A stretch of DNA of 63,667 nt, the filler included, from Octopus bimaculoides (Eukaryota), in NCBI RefSeq assembly GCF_001194135.2. It is 8 parts of 8 records of this genome, joined end to end, with 100 filler letters (N's around TTAATTAATTAA, not from the genome) between each part and the next. Parts side by side here need not be neighbours in the genome. Positions count along the whole stretch, not along the records: positions 62,407 to 63,667 come from NW_026389684.1; 7 more parts are not named here. One strand, written 5' to 3'. This document shows positions 63,636 through 63,667 of the stretch, in pieces. A program made the position numbers and the translations under genes. The notes under the pieces are model-generated. The model saw only the letters and a program-made list of their open reading frames with translations. It was not told the origin of the DNA and did no database searches. Numbering within the stretch: position 1 is the first letter of the stretch; every line of letters begins with the position of its first letter.

Positions 63636-63667
<32 letters not shown>

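Overview
AT-rich, microsatellite-saturated, gappy eukaryotic DNA. The SINE families and repeat landscape strongly resemble an octopus genome (inference from recalled repeat families, not a database match). I find no supportable host protein-coding gene, rRNA, tRNA gene or CRISPR array, and almost all long ORFs in the track are microsatellite or N-gap artefacts. The window is a transposon graveyard: about 23 tRNA-derived SINE copies in three main families, Tc1/mariner remnants (mariner, irritans-like, Tc1, DD37D/maT-like), Helitron pieces, MITE/foldback elements, a Ty3/gypsy pol fragment, an RTE LINE, R4/Dong-like LINE pieces and five Penelope-like element (PLE) remnants. The most interesting layer is RNA structure that the ORF track misses. 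There are at least five type I hammerhead ribozyme (HHR) motifs from at least four unrelated families. Two lie inside partial tandem repeats of 330 and 347 bp period, the architecture of metazoan non-LTR retrozymes. A well-preserved PLE GIY-YIG fragment is also bracketed by two long foldback hairpins. Seven 100-bp N44-TTAATTAATTAA-N44 spacers are artificial contig joins, so adjacency across them is unreliable.
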